A stretch of DNA of 64,000 nt from Euryarchaeota archaeon UBA552 (lineage in GTDB: Archaea > Thermoplasmatota > Poseidoniia > Poseidoniales > Thalassarchaeaceae): positions 15,195-79,194 of the forward strand of contig DAMH01000011.1 in assembly GCA_002499585.1 (NCBI GenBank), in the 5' to 3' direction. Shown here piece by piece: positions 29,121 to 38,200 of the stretch. The notes under the pieces are model-generated. The model saw only the letters and a list, made by a program, of their open reading frames with translations, searched no databases and was not told the DNA's origin. The translations under genes and the position numbers were made by a program. Position 1 is the first letter of the stretch, and each line of letters begins with the position of its first letter.

Positions 29121-30068
29121 ATGAGTACTCTGCTGGTCGTTTCGAGGTCCGACACAGCATCGATGTCACTAGGTCATGCTATTTGCAGTTCCTCAGACTT
29201 CGATCAGAAAGATAGCTCACTTGGAGATCTAATTGAATTTAGATCCATGGACGCCTTTATGATCACCATCGACAAAATACACCTGAATTCAGATTTCATT
29301 GGTTCGTTGCTTGAAGAGGAAATAAACCACAAATTCGATGACGTGATCGTACTCTCCAGGCACTATTCAGAATCTGGCCGACCTGCGATGACAGTCCATC
29401 CAATCGGAGTAGTGACTGGCGTGAAACTCGGTGAAATCGGGCTATCTGGAGGGTTATTTGGAACACTCGTACCTCCAAATCCAAAAATGAGTTGGTTCTT
29501 ATCTGAAATAAATCGCGTGGGACGAGTTGACCCAAGGCTAGAGAACTTCGACTTGACTATCGAAGCCACTCACCATGGGCCGGTGATGTCCCTGCCCACC
29601 ATGTATCTGGAAATTGGTTCAACTGAGTTACAGTGGTCTGACCCCTATCTTGCAAACATATGGTCGGACTTAATCACCAAGAGCTTATCCTCCTGTTTTA
29701 TTGATGAAAAGCGAAGATGGATCCTCGGAATCGGCGGAGGCCACTACGCCCCACGCCACAGAGACATTGTGATTAGATCAGGTGAAATCATCGGCCACAT
29801 CCTGCCCGGGTATAGTTTACCAAAAATCGATGATGACCTTCAGAAAGAGAAATTTGAGATCGTTCTTGAATCGGCCATTCAATCCATGATCGCCTCCAGG
29901 CCAGAGGCGGACATCATCGCGCACTTCGACAGGAAGTCGATGAAGTCGTGGCAAAGAAAATGGCTAACAGAGAGACTGGCTCATTACGGTATCCCTGTGC
30001 TTCGGGGGAAACAAATACTACAAAACCCAGAAATCGATAAAGGCCTCTTTCCTCACAGCCGGTCATGA
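29121..30068 (+). CDS. dtdA: D-aminoacyl-tRNA deacylase, archaeal type (DtdA)-like
   Basis: MSTLLVVSRSDTASMSLG... N-terminus and the internal MTVHPIGV and ATHHGP motifs resemble the archaeal DTD2 family. Call rests on recalled motif similarity only. Confidence 0.55.
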   Translation: MSTLLVVSRSDTASMSLGHAICSSSDFDQKDSSLGDLIEFRSMDAFMITIDKIHLNSDFIGSLLEEEINHKFDDVIVLSRHYSESGRPAMTVHPIGVVTGVKLGEIGLSGGLFGTLVPPNPKMSWFLSEINRVGRVDPRLENFDLTIEATHHGPVMSLPTMYLEIGSTELQWSDPYLANIWSDLITKSLSSCFIDEKRRWILGIGGGHYAPRHRDIVIRSGEIIGHILPGYSLPKIDDDLQKEKFEIVLESAIQSMIASRPEADIIAHFDRKSMKSWQRKWLTERLAHYGIPVLRGKQILQNPEIDKGLFPHSRS

Positions 30069-31039
30069 ACATGTTCGGCCGTGTGATTATGGCGTTCATG
30101 CCCATCACTCCTCGGGCCCTCGTCAGATTCTTTGCGCGCAGGTACGTTGCGGGGACTGAACTAAAAGATGCTTTGAAAGTAATGAGCGAACTGTCCTCTG
30201 AGAACACATCGTTCACTGTTGACGTTCTGGGCGAGGACATATCCTCGATCGATGAGACAGAAAAATTTGTCAGGGAATACACCGACTTAATTTCAGCCAT
30301 ATCCAAATCAGAAATAGACGCGCATGTCTCACTGAAACCCACTGCGTTCGGACTGGATATTGACTACGCCTTAGCAATAGAAAAATTATCTGAAATAGTA
30401 GAGATGGCAAACAAATCTGAGATATTCGTCCGGTTAGACATGGAGGACAGCAAACTAACTGAGCTCACTTTGAAAGCCACGGAGGATCTGTATAAAAAGG
30501 GGCATAACAACATCGGCGTGGTTCTTCAAGGTAGGATGTTCCGGACACCAGACGACCTCCGGAGAATCTCAAAGTCGATGGGCAAGGACGCAGATGTGAG
30601 AATTTGCAAAGGCATCTACTTAGAACCCCCCGACATAGCTCACACCAAGTATCAGGATATCGTAGATGCGACCGCTGAAGCAATTTCGTCTGCATTGGAC
30701 CTCGGAATGTACGTTGGCATCGCAAGCCACGATATCCCTGTCATCGAAGCATCTCTAACCGAACTCCAGAACAGGGGCTTTCTACCGGACTTTCAAGACC
30801 CACGAGACCCTGTTCCCACCAAAAGGAATGGAAAGGGAAATGGTTACGAATTCCAGTTTCTACTAGGGGTGAGGGGCGATGTCAGGAGACGGCTGGCCTC
30901 AGAGGGCCATCTTACCCGTGTTTACCTCCCATACGGTAAGCAATGGTACGAATACAGCATGAGAAGGCTCAGAGAAAACCCCGGTGTGGCGTGGCACGTG
31001 GCAAAATCAGTCATATTCCCGTGGACCAACAGAAGATAG
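30065..31039 (+). CDS. Proline dehydrogenase family protein
   Basis: YVAGTELKDA..., FTVDVLGEDI..., VSLKPTAFGL..., GIASHD... match proline dehydrogenase (PutA-like monofunctional PRODH) motifs. Start overlaps the dtdA stop (ATGA). Confidence 0.6.
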   Translation: MNMFGRVIMAFMPITPRALVRFFARRYVAGTELKDALKVMSELSSENTSFTVDVLGEDISSIDETEKFVREYTDLISAISKSEIDAHVSLKPTAFGLDIDYALAIEKLSEIVEMANKSEIFVRLDMEDSKLTELTLKATEDLYKKGHNNIGVVLQGRMFRTPDDLRRISKSMGKDADVRICKGIYLEPPDIAHTKYQDIVDATAEAISSALDLGMYVGIASHDIPVIEASLTELQNRGFLPDFQDPRDPVPTKRNGKGNGYEFQFLLGVRGDVRRRLASEGHLTRVYLPYGKQWYEYSMRRLRENPGVAWHVAKSVIFPWTNRR

Positions 31040-31040
31040 A

Positions 31041-31631
31041 TCATTGGGCATGAAGGTACATCCGTCGAATATCCTCTGCGGCTCTGCGGCCTCCTAATGT
31101 GCGTCCCTTGCCTGTGTGAATAGCCCTGATCATCCAGACTCTCCCCTCCACTTCGATCAAACTCTCACATTGGAATATCGTGTCCGGAGTACATTCTATC
31201 GACGAAGACGTGCTGTGTTCCCCGTCAGTGAGTGTAAGGGGGATGATGACCCTGTCGACTCTCGTCGCCCAGCCCCTCTTGATTTCGTGAGCCAGCATGC
31301 TCCTCTTGGCCCTGCCGGCTTCGTCCTCGATCCGCGTCACTTCCCAATGAGAATCAATGTGTTCGAATTTGTCCCCTAGGCCAATGACCTCATCATCATC
31401 GGATTCGATTTCCTCAAAAAAAGAAATCTTGCCGTCGGAAAGTGTCATGGGGATTCTAACTATCTTGTTTGGTCGAATTTCCGCCGTACAAACATTACCG
31501 CAAAGCCCACATTTCAGCAGTAGGTCATATCCATCCCCAACTTTCTTCTCTCTGAGGACTGTGTGGTCTTCCTCCTCATCGCAGATAGAGCAGAATAACA
31601 CTCTCTTGTCGGAATCACCCTCACGTGACAT
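31041..31631 (-). CDS. Zinc-ribbon domain protein (196 aa), hypothetical
   Basis: N-terminal CSIC...(24 aa)...CGLCGNVC four-Cys zinc ribbon. Rest unassigned. Confidence 0.4.
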   Translation of the reverse strand: MSREGDSDKRVLFCSICDEEEDHTVLREKKVGDGYDLLLKCGLCGNVCTAEIRPNKIVRIPMTLSDGKISFFEEIESDDDEVIGLGDKFEHIDSHWEVTRIEDEAGRAKRSMLAHEIKRGWATRVDRVIIPLTLTDGEHSTSSSIECTPDTIFQCESLIEVEGRVWMIRAIHTGKGRTLGGRRAAEDIRRMYLHAQ

Positions 31632-31709
31632 TCTTCTTCAGGGCACGGCTTCCTTTTTTCAAGTCGATGGAAAGGCATTGTTGATATCCCAGCCCGTTTT
31701 TCAAGTATC

Positions 31710-32480
31710 GTGGACGTTGGTGGTGGCATGCTCCCCATGAGGGGGGAGGGCGATATGCTTCTTGCATTAGTTGCGGCCGATGAGGCCCTCGATTCAGGGG
31801 AGCCTGAGATAGCAGCCAACATTGGCCAACAGATGCTTCACATGGACCTCACTATACTTCCGAGGTCTGTCAGAACACGGATCAGGGACATCTCGGCCAG
31901 AATCAAACCAGAAAATGCCATTCTTGTGGGTGGCGGCATAGGACACATGTCGGCATGGCTCCTTGATGTCTGGACCTCAGAAAATCAGCATCGCCCGTCC
32001 TCCTTCAGAATAGTAGAGGAGGGGGGCAAGTTCGGAGTGATACTTGACAGATTGATCCGCAGGTATGATGCGGTATCTTGGACCTCTGTAATTTCCACTC
32101 CATGGACTGAGGTGGTCGCAGAGACCTCGGCATGGAATGCAGCATCAGCGACAAATGAAGTCCCATCCATCAGCAAAGCACCACTTCCGTCACCAACCGG
32201 ATTGGTGGTAATAGACGTGCCTGAAATACAACGGCCTGCCTTTTTGAGGTCCGCACTGGACATTATACAGGAGGATGGCGTCATCCTGATTCTGGAACCC
32301 GAAGTCCCGACTGGCGATGTAGGCGATTTCGAGCCAGGCAATCCTCAGACTGAAGCTCAGAGGCGTGTGGATGCATTTAATTCTTGGATGGCTGTAATCC
32401 GGGAAGCTGGTGCGCGCGGTTTCAAGTCTGCCTTCGTCGAGCTGTCGGGCGCCACGCTGGTTGTTCTTGTCGGCGCATAA
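31710..32480 (+). CDS. Class I SAM-dependent O-methyltransferase-like protein
   Basis: AILVGGGIGHMSAWLL (glycine-rich SAM loop) and LVVIDVPEIQRPAFLRSALDIIQEDGVILI resemble O-methyltransferase family 3. Weak call. Confidence 0.35.
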   Translation: MDVGGGMLPMRGEGDMLLALVAADEALDSGEPEIAANIGQQMLHMDLTILPRSVRTRIRDISARIKPENAILVGGGIGHMSAWLLDVWTSENQHRPSSFRIVEEGGKFGVILDRLIRRYDAVSWTSVISTPWTEVVAETSAWNAASATNEVPSISKAPLPSPTGLVVIDVPEIQRPAFLRSALDIIQEDGVILILEPEVPTGDVGDFEPGNPQTEAQRRVDAFNSWMAVIREAGARGFKSAFVELSGATLVVLVGA

Positions 32481-33700
32481 TCCAACAAAGCCCCTGATAG
32501 TGATTCCGAGGATACTTTTGTTGTGGGCTGATAGAGTACTAAACCAGGGGCATGTAGGATTCCGTATCCAAAACGGTCGTCATGACTTGTCTGGCCTTCA
32601 TTTTTTATTGATGAATCAGCAATCCTATCCTTCATCTCTTCGATTTTCGTTCTGTCACCGTATCGTGCTAGGTCGGGCTCTCCTTGTATTGCTAGGGCGA
32701 TAACCCCCGAGACCCAAGCAGTTGCTGCTGAGGTCCCGCTGGAATAACCATACCAACTCCCGCTGTTGCTCAATAAGACGGGTACTTCAGAGGCAGGGGC
32801 TATCACTTCGGGTTTCTTGTCAGGATCCTGTCTTGGTAAAATTGGGTTTGGCCAGATCCTTCCGTTGTTGTCCCCTCTTGAGCTGCCGGACCAAACATCT
32901 CCGTTGCGGTTCACCCCTCCGACGCAAATAACATCCGAAACAGACCCTGGTGAGGCCACATCACCATCGTCATCCGCCCCGTCATTACCTGCAGCAGCCA
33001 CAACAAAAACTCCTTGATCGAGCGCATCCTCCACCGCAGATTCCAATACGTCCAAGGTTATACCAATAAGACCGGGCCCCTGGTCGCCTCCGAGACTGAG
33101 GGATATTATGTCAGCCCCCTGATCAACACACCACTCTACTGACTGAGCGATACCTTCGTCAGTACCGACACCACTTTTATCGATACCCTTTGCTATGAAC
33201 AGGTCTGCGCCTTTGGATATCCCCCCGATGCCCTCCCTTGATGAAATGATCCCGGCCATCGCAGTACCGTGGCCTTGGTCGTCGTATGGCAATGACTCAC
33301 CGTTTACAGCGTCGAACCACCCAGCTATTGTGACGCCCCTCATTCCAGGGTGACTAGGATTTATGCCTGAATCAACGACGCATATTGCCACGCCTGTACC
33401 ATCTAAATCTGAGGGTATCTCGTCTAAGCCCGTCATTCGTTCGTAATCATCCTGCCATGCCACCAGAGTAGGGGGCGGCCCACCAAATATGACTCCATCC
33501 TCATCGAGGAGCCACAGAGCCAAGATCGAGATTGATAACGCAGTTATTAGGGTTGAAACTGCTGTTATCACATAAGGTAGAGCAGATGAAATCACCTTCC
33601 TCTTTTCTGTATCTGAAAAATCGGATATTCGGGAAGTATCAACTTCTGGGAGGCTTTCGTTATCCACCTGCAACACTCCAAGAAGCCATGATGTCACCAA
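32357..33700 (-). CDS. Subtilisin-like serine protease (peptidase S8) with N-terminal membrane anchor
   Basis: Catalytic triad motifs VVDSGINPSHPGM (Asp), HGTAMAGIIS (His), GTSAATAWVSG (Ser). N-terminal TM TAVSTLITALSISILALWLL. Confidence 0.85.
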   Translation of the reverse strand: MVTSWLLGVLQVDNESLPEVDTSRISDFSDTEKRKVISSALPYVITAVSTLITALSISILALWLLDEDGVIFGGPPPTLVAWQDDYERMTGLDEIPSDLDGTGVAICVVDSGINPSHPGMRGVTIAGWFDAVNGESLPYDDQGHGTAMAGIISSREGIGGISKGADLFIAKGIDKSGVGTDEGIAQSVEWCVDQGADIISLSLGGDQGPGLIGITLDVLESAVEDALDQGVFVVAAAGNDGADDDGDVASPGSVSDVICVGGVNRNGDVWSGSSRGDNNGRIWPNPILPRQDPDKKPEVIAPASEVPVLLSNSGSWYGYSSGTSAATAWVSGVIALAIQGEPDLARYGDRTKIEEMKDRIADSSIKNEGQTSHDDRFGYGILHAPGLVLYQPTTKVSSESLSGALLDYAPTRTTSVAPDSSTKADLKPRAPASRITAIQELNASTRL

Positions 33701-34875
33701 AGTTCCCCTTCGGTATAAAAATGGGTTTCAACGTGTGATTTAGTTCCACATGAACCACAAGCAATCACAGCATTGAGATTCTCGGAACAGATGGGGCATG
33801 CAGATCCAATCTCGCCCCTGCCTTCGCATTCTTCTGAAAGACAAACGACGGATACAACCCCTTCTTCATCACGAAGAGCGGCGCTGGAGACTCCGCAGTT
33901 TGGACACTTGCCGACCTCAGCGACCCTATCTGACGTATCTTGCCCCTCAGATAGTATTCTAGCCAGCCTAGATTGAATCCCGCCGCTGGAATTTCCCATC
34001 ATGAATTGAGGGTACCACGCGACATGAATCAAGAACAAGAATGCTAGGGTTCCCGTAGCGATGTGCATTATCACGATGCCTCCAAGATCGCCGGCAATGG
34101 GAGGGGGCCTCGCAATTGAATGTGCACCTGCCCAGGCACTTAGATTCAAGAATATCAGCCATAGAACCAGCGAAAAATTCCACAATAACAGACTGTGGTC
34201 TTCTTTCGCTGCTCTCATTTTCCGGGGATCTGGGTGCATGTGCATAACATCCACGTGAAAATCTCTAGTCTCCATAACAGACCTGCGAACGACCCCTATG
34301 GCTATGAAGAGCATAATCAGATTGGAAACCGTGAAACCAACCCATGAGGTGATACCCGATCCAAATGGGAAATAGGGGTCGCTGGCGTGACTTGCGATCT
34401 GTCCGTATTCGACTGTCAATATCCCAAATACGAGGTAAATCATATTCTCTCTCATTAGTGGAAATATCGCCATCAACAGGAGGTACGAGGCCATGGTTAT
34501 GATCAAAGACAGAAACGAAAGTATCAACGCCCCACCTGAAACATGAAGAAATCCGCTTTCAGAACCGAAGATACCTCCTCTGTTGTAGTCACCACCGCTG
34601 GATAATTCTCCGCTGCCAAGATCCCACGAACCTAATATCAGACCAATCACGGCAAGCAAGAATGGGGCCATGTGGGTGAATCCAAGGGATGATCGAGCGG
34701 ATCTGTAATTGAACAAAACCTGCCTAGTCAGCTTGTCGAGAGTGGACAAATATGGAAACTTCTCGCCAAAGTTTGTTGGAGGACTGACATCTGTCAGCCT
34801 TGTGTTCACATCGGCACCATGTCTCTGCACCCCCTCCTTGGCGGTCGAAGATTGAACTGCCCTAGACTCCTTCAT
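33694..34875 (-). CDS. Polytopic membrane protein with C-terminal double zinc ribbon
   Basis: Several hydrophobic helices, then CPNCG...CLSEEC...CPIC...CGSCG at the C-terminus. Stop overlaps the subtilisin start by 7 bp. Confidence 0.5.
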   Translation of the reverse strand: MKESRAVQSSTAKEGVQRHGADVNTRLTDVSPPTNFGEKFPYLSTLDKLTRQVLFNYRSARSSLGFTHMAPFLLAVIGLILGSWDLGSGELSSGGDYNRGGIFGSESGFLHVSGGALILSFLSLIITMASYLLLMAIFPLMRENMIYLVFGILTVEYGQIASHASDPYFPFGSGITSWVGFTVSNLIMLFIAIGVVRRSVMETRDFHVDVMHMHPDPRKMRAAKEDHSLLLWNFSLVLWLIFLNLSAWAGAHSIARPPPIAGDLGGIVIMHIATGTLAFLFLIHVAWYPQFMMGNSSGGIQSRLARILSEGQDTSDRVAEVGKCPNCGVSSAALRDEEGVVSVVCLSEECEGRGEIGSACPICSENLNAVIACGSCGTKSHVETHFYTEGELW

Positions 34876-34939
34876 CGTTCGTCTGTGGAAACACCACCAT
34901 TTGGAAATATTGTATGTAGGACAGTCTTGGGAGGAGTTT

Positions 34940-35025
34940 TGGCGCCGAGACGGAGATTTGAACTCCGGAGGGAAAATCCCACATGATTTCCAGTCATGCG
35001 CAATACCAGGCTATGCGACCTCGGC
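34940..35025 (-). tRNA. tRNA-Ser (anticodon GGA), CCA encoded; missed by the ORF-centred view
   Basis: Reverse complement folds as follows. Acceptor GCCGAGG/UCUCGGC. D-arm GCAU-AGCCUGGUA-UUGC. Anticodon stem CAUGA/UCAUG with loop CUGGAAA (anticodon GGA). Long variable arm GGGA-UUU-UCCC. T-arm CGGAG-UUCAAAU-CUCCG. Discriminator G, then CCA. Confidence 0.8.
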
Positions 35026-35123
35026 AGACGGACGATGCGAATCTGTGTTGAGGTTTGAGTGTGTTGATAGAACATACTCCTCAACGCAGCGATTAAATCA
35101 ACCTCACGAGCCCATTACTCAGC

Positions 35124-35198
35124 GCCACTGTGGCTTAGGGGTATAGCGTCGCCTTGGTAAGGCGAAGGTCGGGGGTTCAATTCCCCCCAGTGGCTCCA
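35124..35198 (+). tRNA. tRNA-Thr (anticodon GGU), CCA encoded
   Basis: Acceptor GCCACUG/CAGUGGC. Anticodon stem UCGCC/GGCGA with loop UUGGUAA (anticodon GGU). T-arm GGGGG-UUCAAUU-CCCCC. Discriminator U, then CCA. An A9 tract follows. Confidence 0.85.
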
Positions 35199-35252
35199 AA
35201 AAAAAACCAATTCATTCGTAGGATTCATATTCCTATCACTCCTCTTCACCTC

Positions 35253-38200
35253 ATGTCCTACGCCAAGGCCAGACGCGCCATCATCATGACAGCCCTCATG
35301 CTTCTGCTACCCACGACCCAGGCTAATGTCGCAGACTGGAGGGGGCCAGACGTGGTGAAGCCCGGTCCTGATGGCTCGGAATTTACCGCCTTCAGAGTCC
35401 CAACAAATGCAACGATCGTTGACAGCTGGGTTGAGATCTCAAATGACGACACCGCCCAGTCCTCTGCTGATTTGCTCTCATGGTCGATCGAAGATGGATT
35501 GAGGTCTGGCATTCGGAGTGGAACCTCTTTCAGCTCATCTGGGGAGCTAATTCTGACAGATGACTTCACAGTCTCAATAGTTGATGATTTCGATGAAGGT
35601 AACTTCACAATAGAAATGCCAAATGGATATTACCATTCTCCGGGGGTGCTCAGTGTTTACAACATACAAGAAAGCACTGCGAACCCGAATTGTAACAACT
35701 TGTCCTCGATAACTGTATCACAAGGACACGACTTTGACGATGATGGCTATTTGGACGGCCAGGAGACAACCTCCTCCGTTGAATATTGCCCCTCCTCTGG
35801 ACTGGACACCAGCATAACCTCCCTCAACATAACCGCGGGCGGAACCGGATATGGGAACGGTAACCTCACAGCAACTGGCGGCGGAGGTTCTGGATTCGCA
35901 GGTACTTACATCTCCGGCAGAGAAATCGCTTCAGCAACCTTGAATGCCGGCGGTTCAGGCTACACCAGTGGGACCGTTTTCAATGTGGAGTGCGGCAGAG
36001 ACTGTACTGGATCCGGTGCGACCGTGACAGCTACCTCGGTAGATGCAAATGGGGCCATAACTGGCATATCACTGACAAACAGCGGTTCAAACTACACAAC
36101 CGAACATGTACTGACCCTAGTAAACACCGGTGCCTCTGGGAGGTTGGCGGACATATCCGTGACTCTCAACAGTACAGGGGAAATAGTCTCCGCGGACATA
36201 ACCTCCCTGGGGACTGACTACACCAGCCCCCCTTCAATCGTCATCAGCGGCACAGGCAGTGGCGCTGTCATAACCCCCGGGCTCGGCGGATTCTTCAATT
36301 GGTTGGCTGAGCCCCATCCAGACTCCGCCACCAACGCTTCTTGTCCAGAAGGCGGACACGTCATCGATCTAGGTCAAGATCTAGACAATGACAATGAGTT
36401 AGATCCCACTGAAATAACCCAAAACCTAACCCTCTGCCACAATCCAGACATCGACTATTGGTCGTCGGTATTGGCAGAGAGCATAGATGGAGATGTGTAT
36501 CTGGACCAGAAGAACCTGACTCACGGAGTCGTGCCCGCAAAGGCGGCGGAGGGCAAGGTAATGGCCGCAACCCTGCCCGGAACAGCCGTTCCTGCAGGCA
36601 CGGACACATCCCTCTTCCTTCCCCCGATGGAGGTTCCGGCTGACGACCTCCAGATCGGTTACACGCTATCATTCCAACACTGGTATCACGTAGACAGCAC
36701 CTCAAACGGAGGAGGAGATGGCGCCTGGGTTGAATACAGGCTCATGAACGGCACTTGGGGCAACTGGTCTTACATCGAACCAACCGGGGGATATCCGAGC
36801 ACACTTTCACCAGATGGCCCATCCGTCGATGGGCAACCTGCAGGAAATCTTCCAGTGTTCGCTTCGGAAACCCACAGCGGATGGGTATCGAACGACATAG
36901 ACCTGACTACGATACCCCAGATACAGGATTCTGACGAGATCCAGTTCAGATTCAGACTTTGGACCCATCCTTCCGCTCAGAATCTCAGGCCCGGGTGGTA
37001 TCTGGATAACATCTCCTACCAGAACGTTGGAGGAACAGATGGCGGGTGGCTCCACGGGTGCGCTTCCCCTGCCGGCACAACATGCCTGTACAGCAACTAT
37101 GCATACGGCGCGCTCCAAACCCAGTTCAGCACTCAGGGTACGAATTCGGCTTCAATCGTCAGGGTGCATCTTGAATATGACCTAGAGGGCTCCTCATTCG
37201 ATAATTTCTGTGTCGAAATGTCCTCGAACAACATAACATGGACAGACATTTCGTCTGCGACTTCCGCGACTACTCAAAATTGTGAGGACAGGTCCGGTGC
37301 AATACCCGGATCCACGGGCGATCAGAGCGGTGGCCTAATCATACAAGATTACCCCCTCCCGTCCCAATTCACCAACCAGGCGAACGTACATTTGCGCTTT
37401 ATAGTAGATACAGATGGATCGGTAGGCTACGGAACTCCACAGGATAACTTCGAGGGCCTCTTCATCACCGACGTGTCACTCGTCACACCAGGGACTTCAG
37501 TACATTGGTCCGACGATCTAGGGTCCTCGACCACATTCTTCCATTACGCGGCAACACCTCCCAGCACATCGTTTGGAGGGCCCACCGATGACTGGAATCA
37601 CATTCAGAGATTCGGCGGAGTGATAGATCAGGTACTAGGTTTCGAGAACTCCTTTGCTACGCCCCCTGAGTCTGAACACGCCTCAGGATGGAGCCACTCT
37701 GGAAGCACTGGCGGCACCACATGGGAATACGGGTTCCCAGGATCAAGCCTTACCCTGGAAGAGCCAAACAGCTTCCCATACCTATACGGCACGGACTTGA
37801 ACGGAGAATATCTGGACAATTGGAACGGATATCTCGAATCTCCGCAATATGACATCCCTACTTCAGGGGCCACCTTGCAATTCGCGAAGTGGGCCTGCAT
37901 GGATCAGTTCGATTCAGACGGAGCTGTTTTGCAATACAAGGTAAATAACGGAGGCTGGCAGTATTTCCAACCTTCAATACCAGGTTGGTATGACGGGGTG
38001 AAGACTTCATGGAACAATCCCTTCGGGACAAATGAAGTGTGGTTTAACGACGATTGTGGCCTTGATGAGATGTCCTTCAGGGAAGCCCCCCTGGACCAAT
38101 GGGGAGGAGAAACGATGACCTTCAGATTTTGGTTCCAATCAGACACATGTTGTCAAAGCTCAACATGGGCAAACGATGATTTCGAGGGATTCTACTTGGA

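Noticed and set aside
35154-35252. Extended N-terminus of the 2434-aa ORF (MVRRRSGVQFPPVAPKK...)
   Set aside because: It lies on the same strand inside tRNA-Thr(GGU). The real start is the ATG at 35253 (or 35286), which precedes a signal peptide.
34876-35252. Integrated mobile element at the tRNA-Ser/tRNA-Thr locus
   Set aside because: No integrase, transposase or repeated tRNA 3' fragment could be seen by eye. The adjacent gene is a cellular-type surface protein. Left as a weak hypothesis in the findings only.
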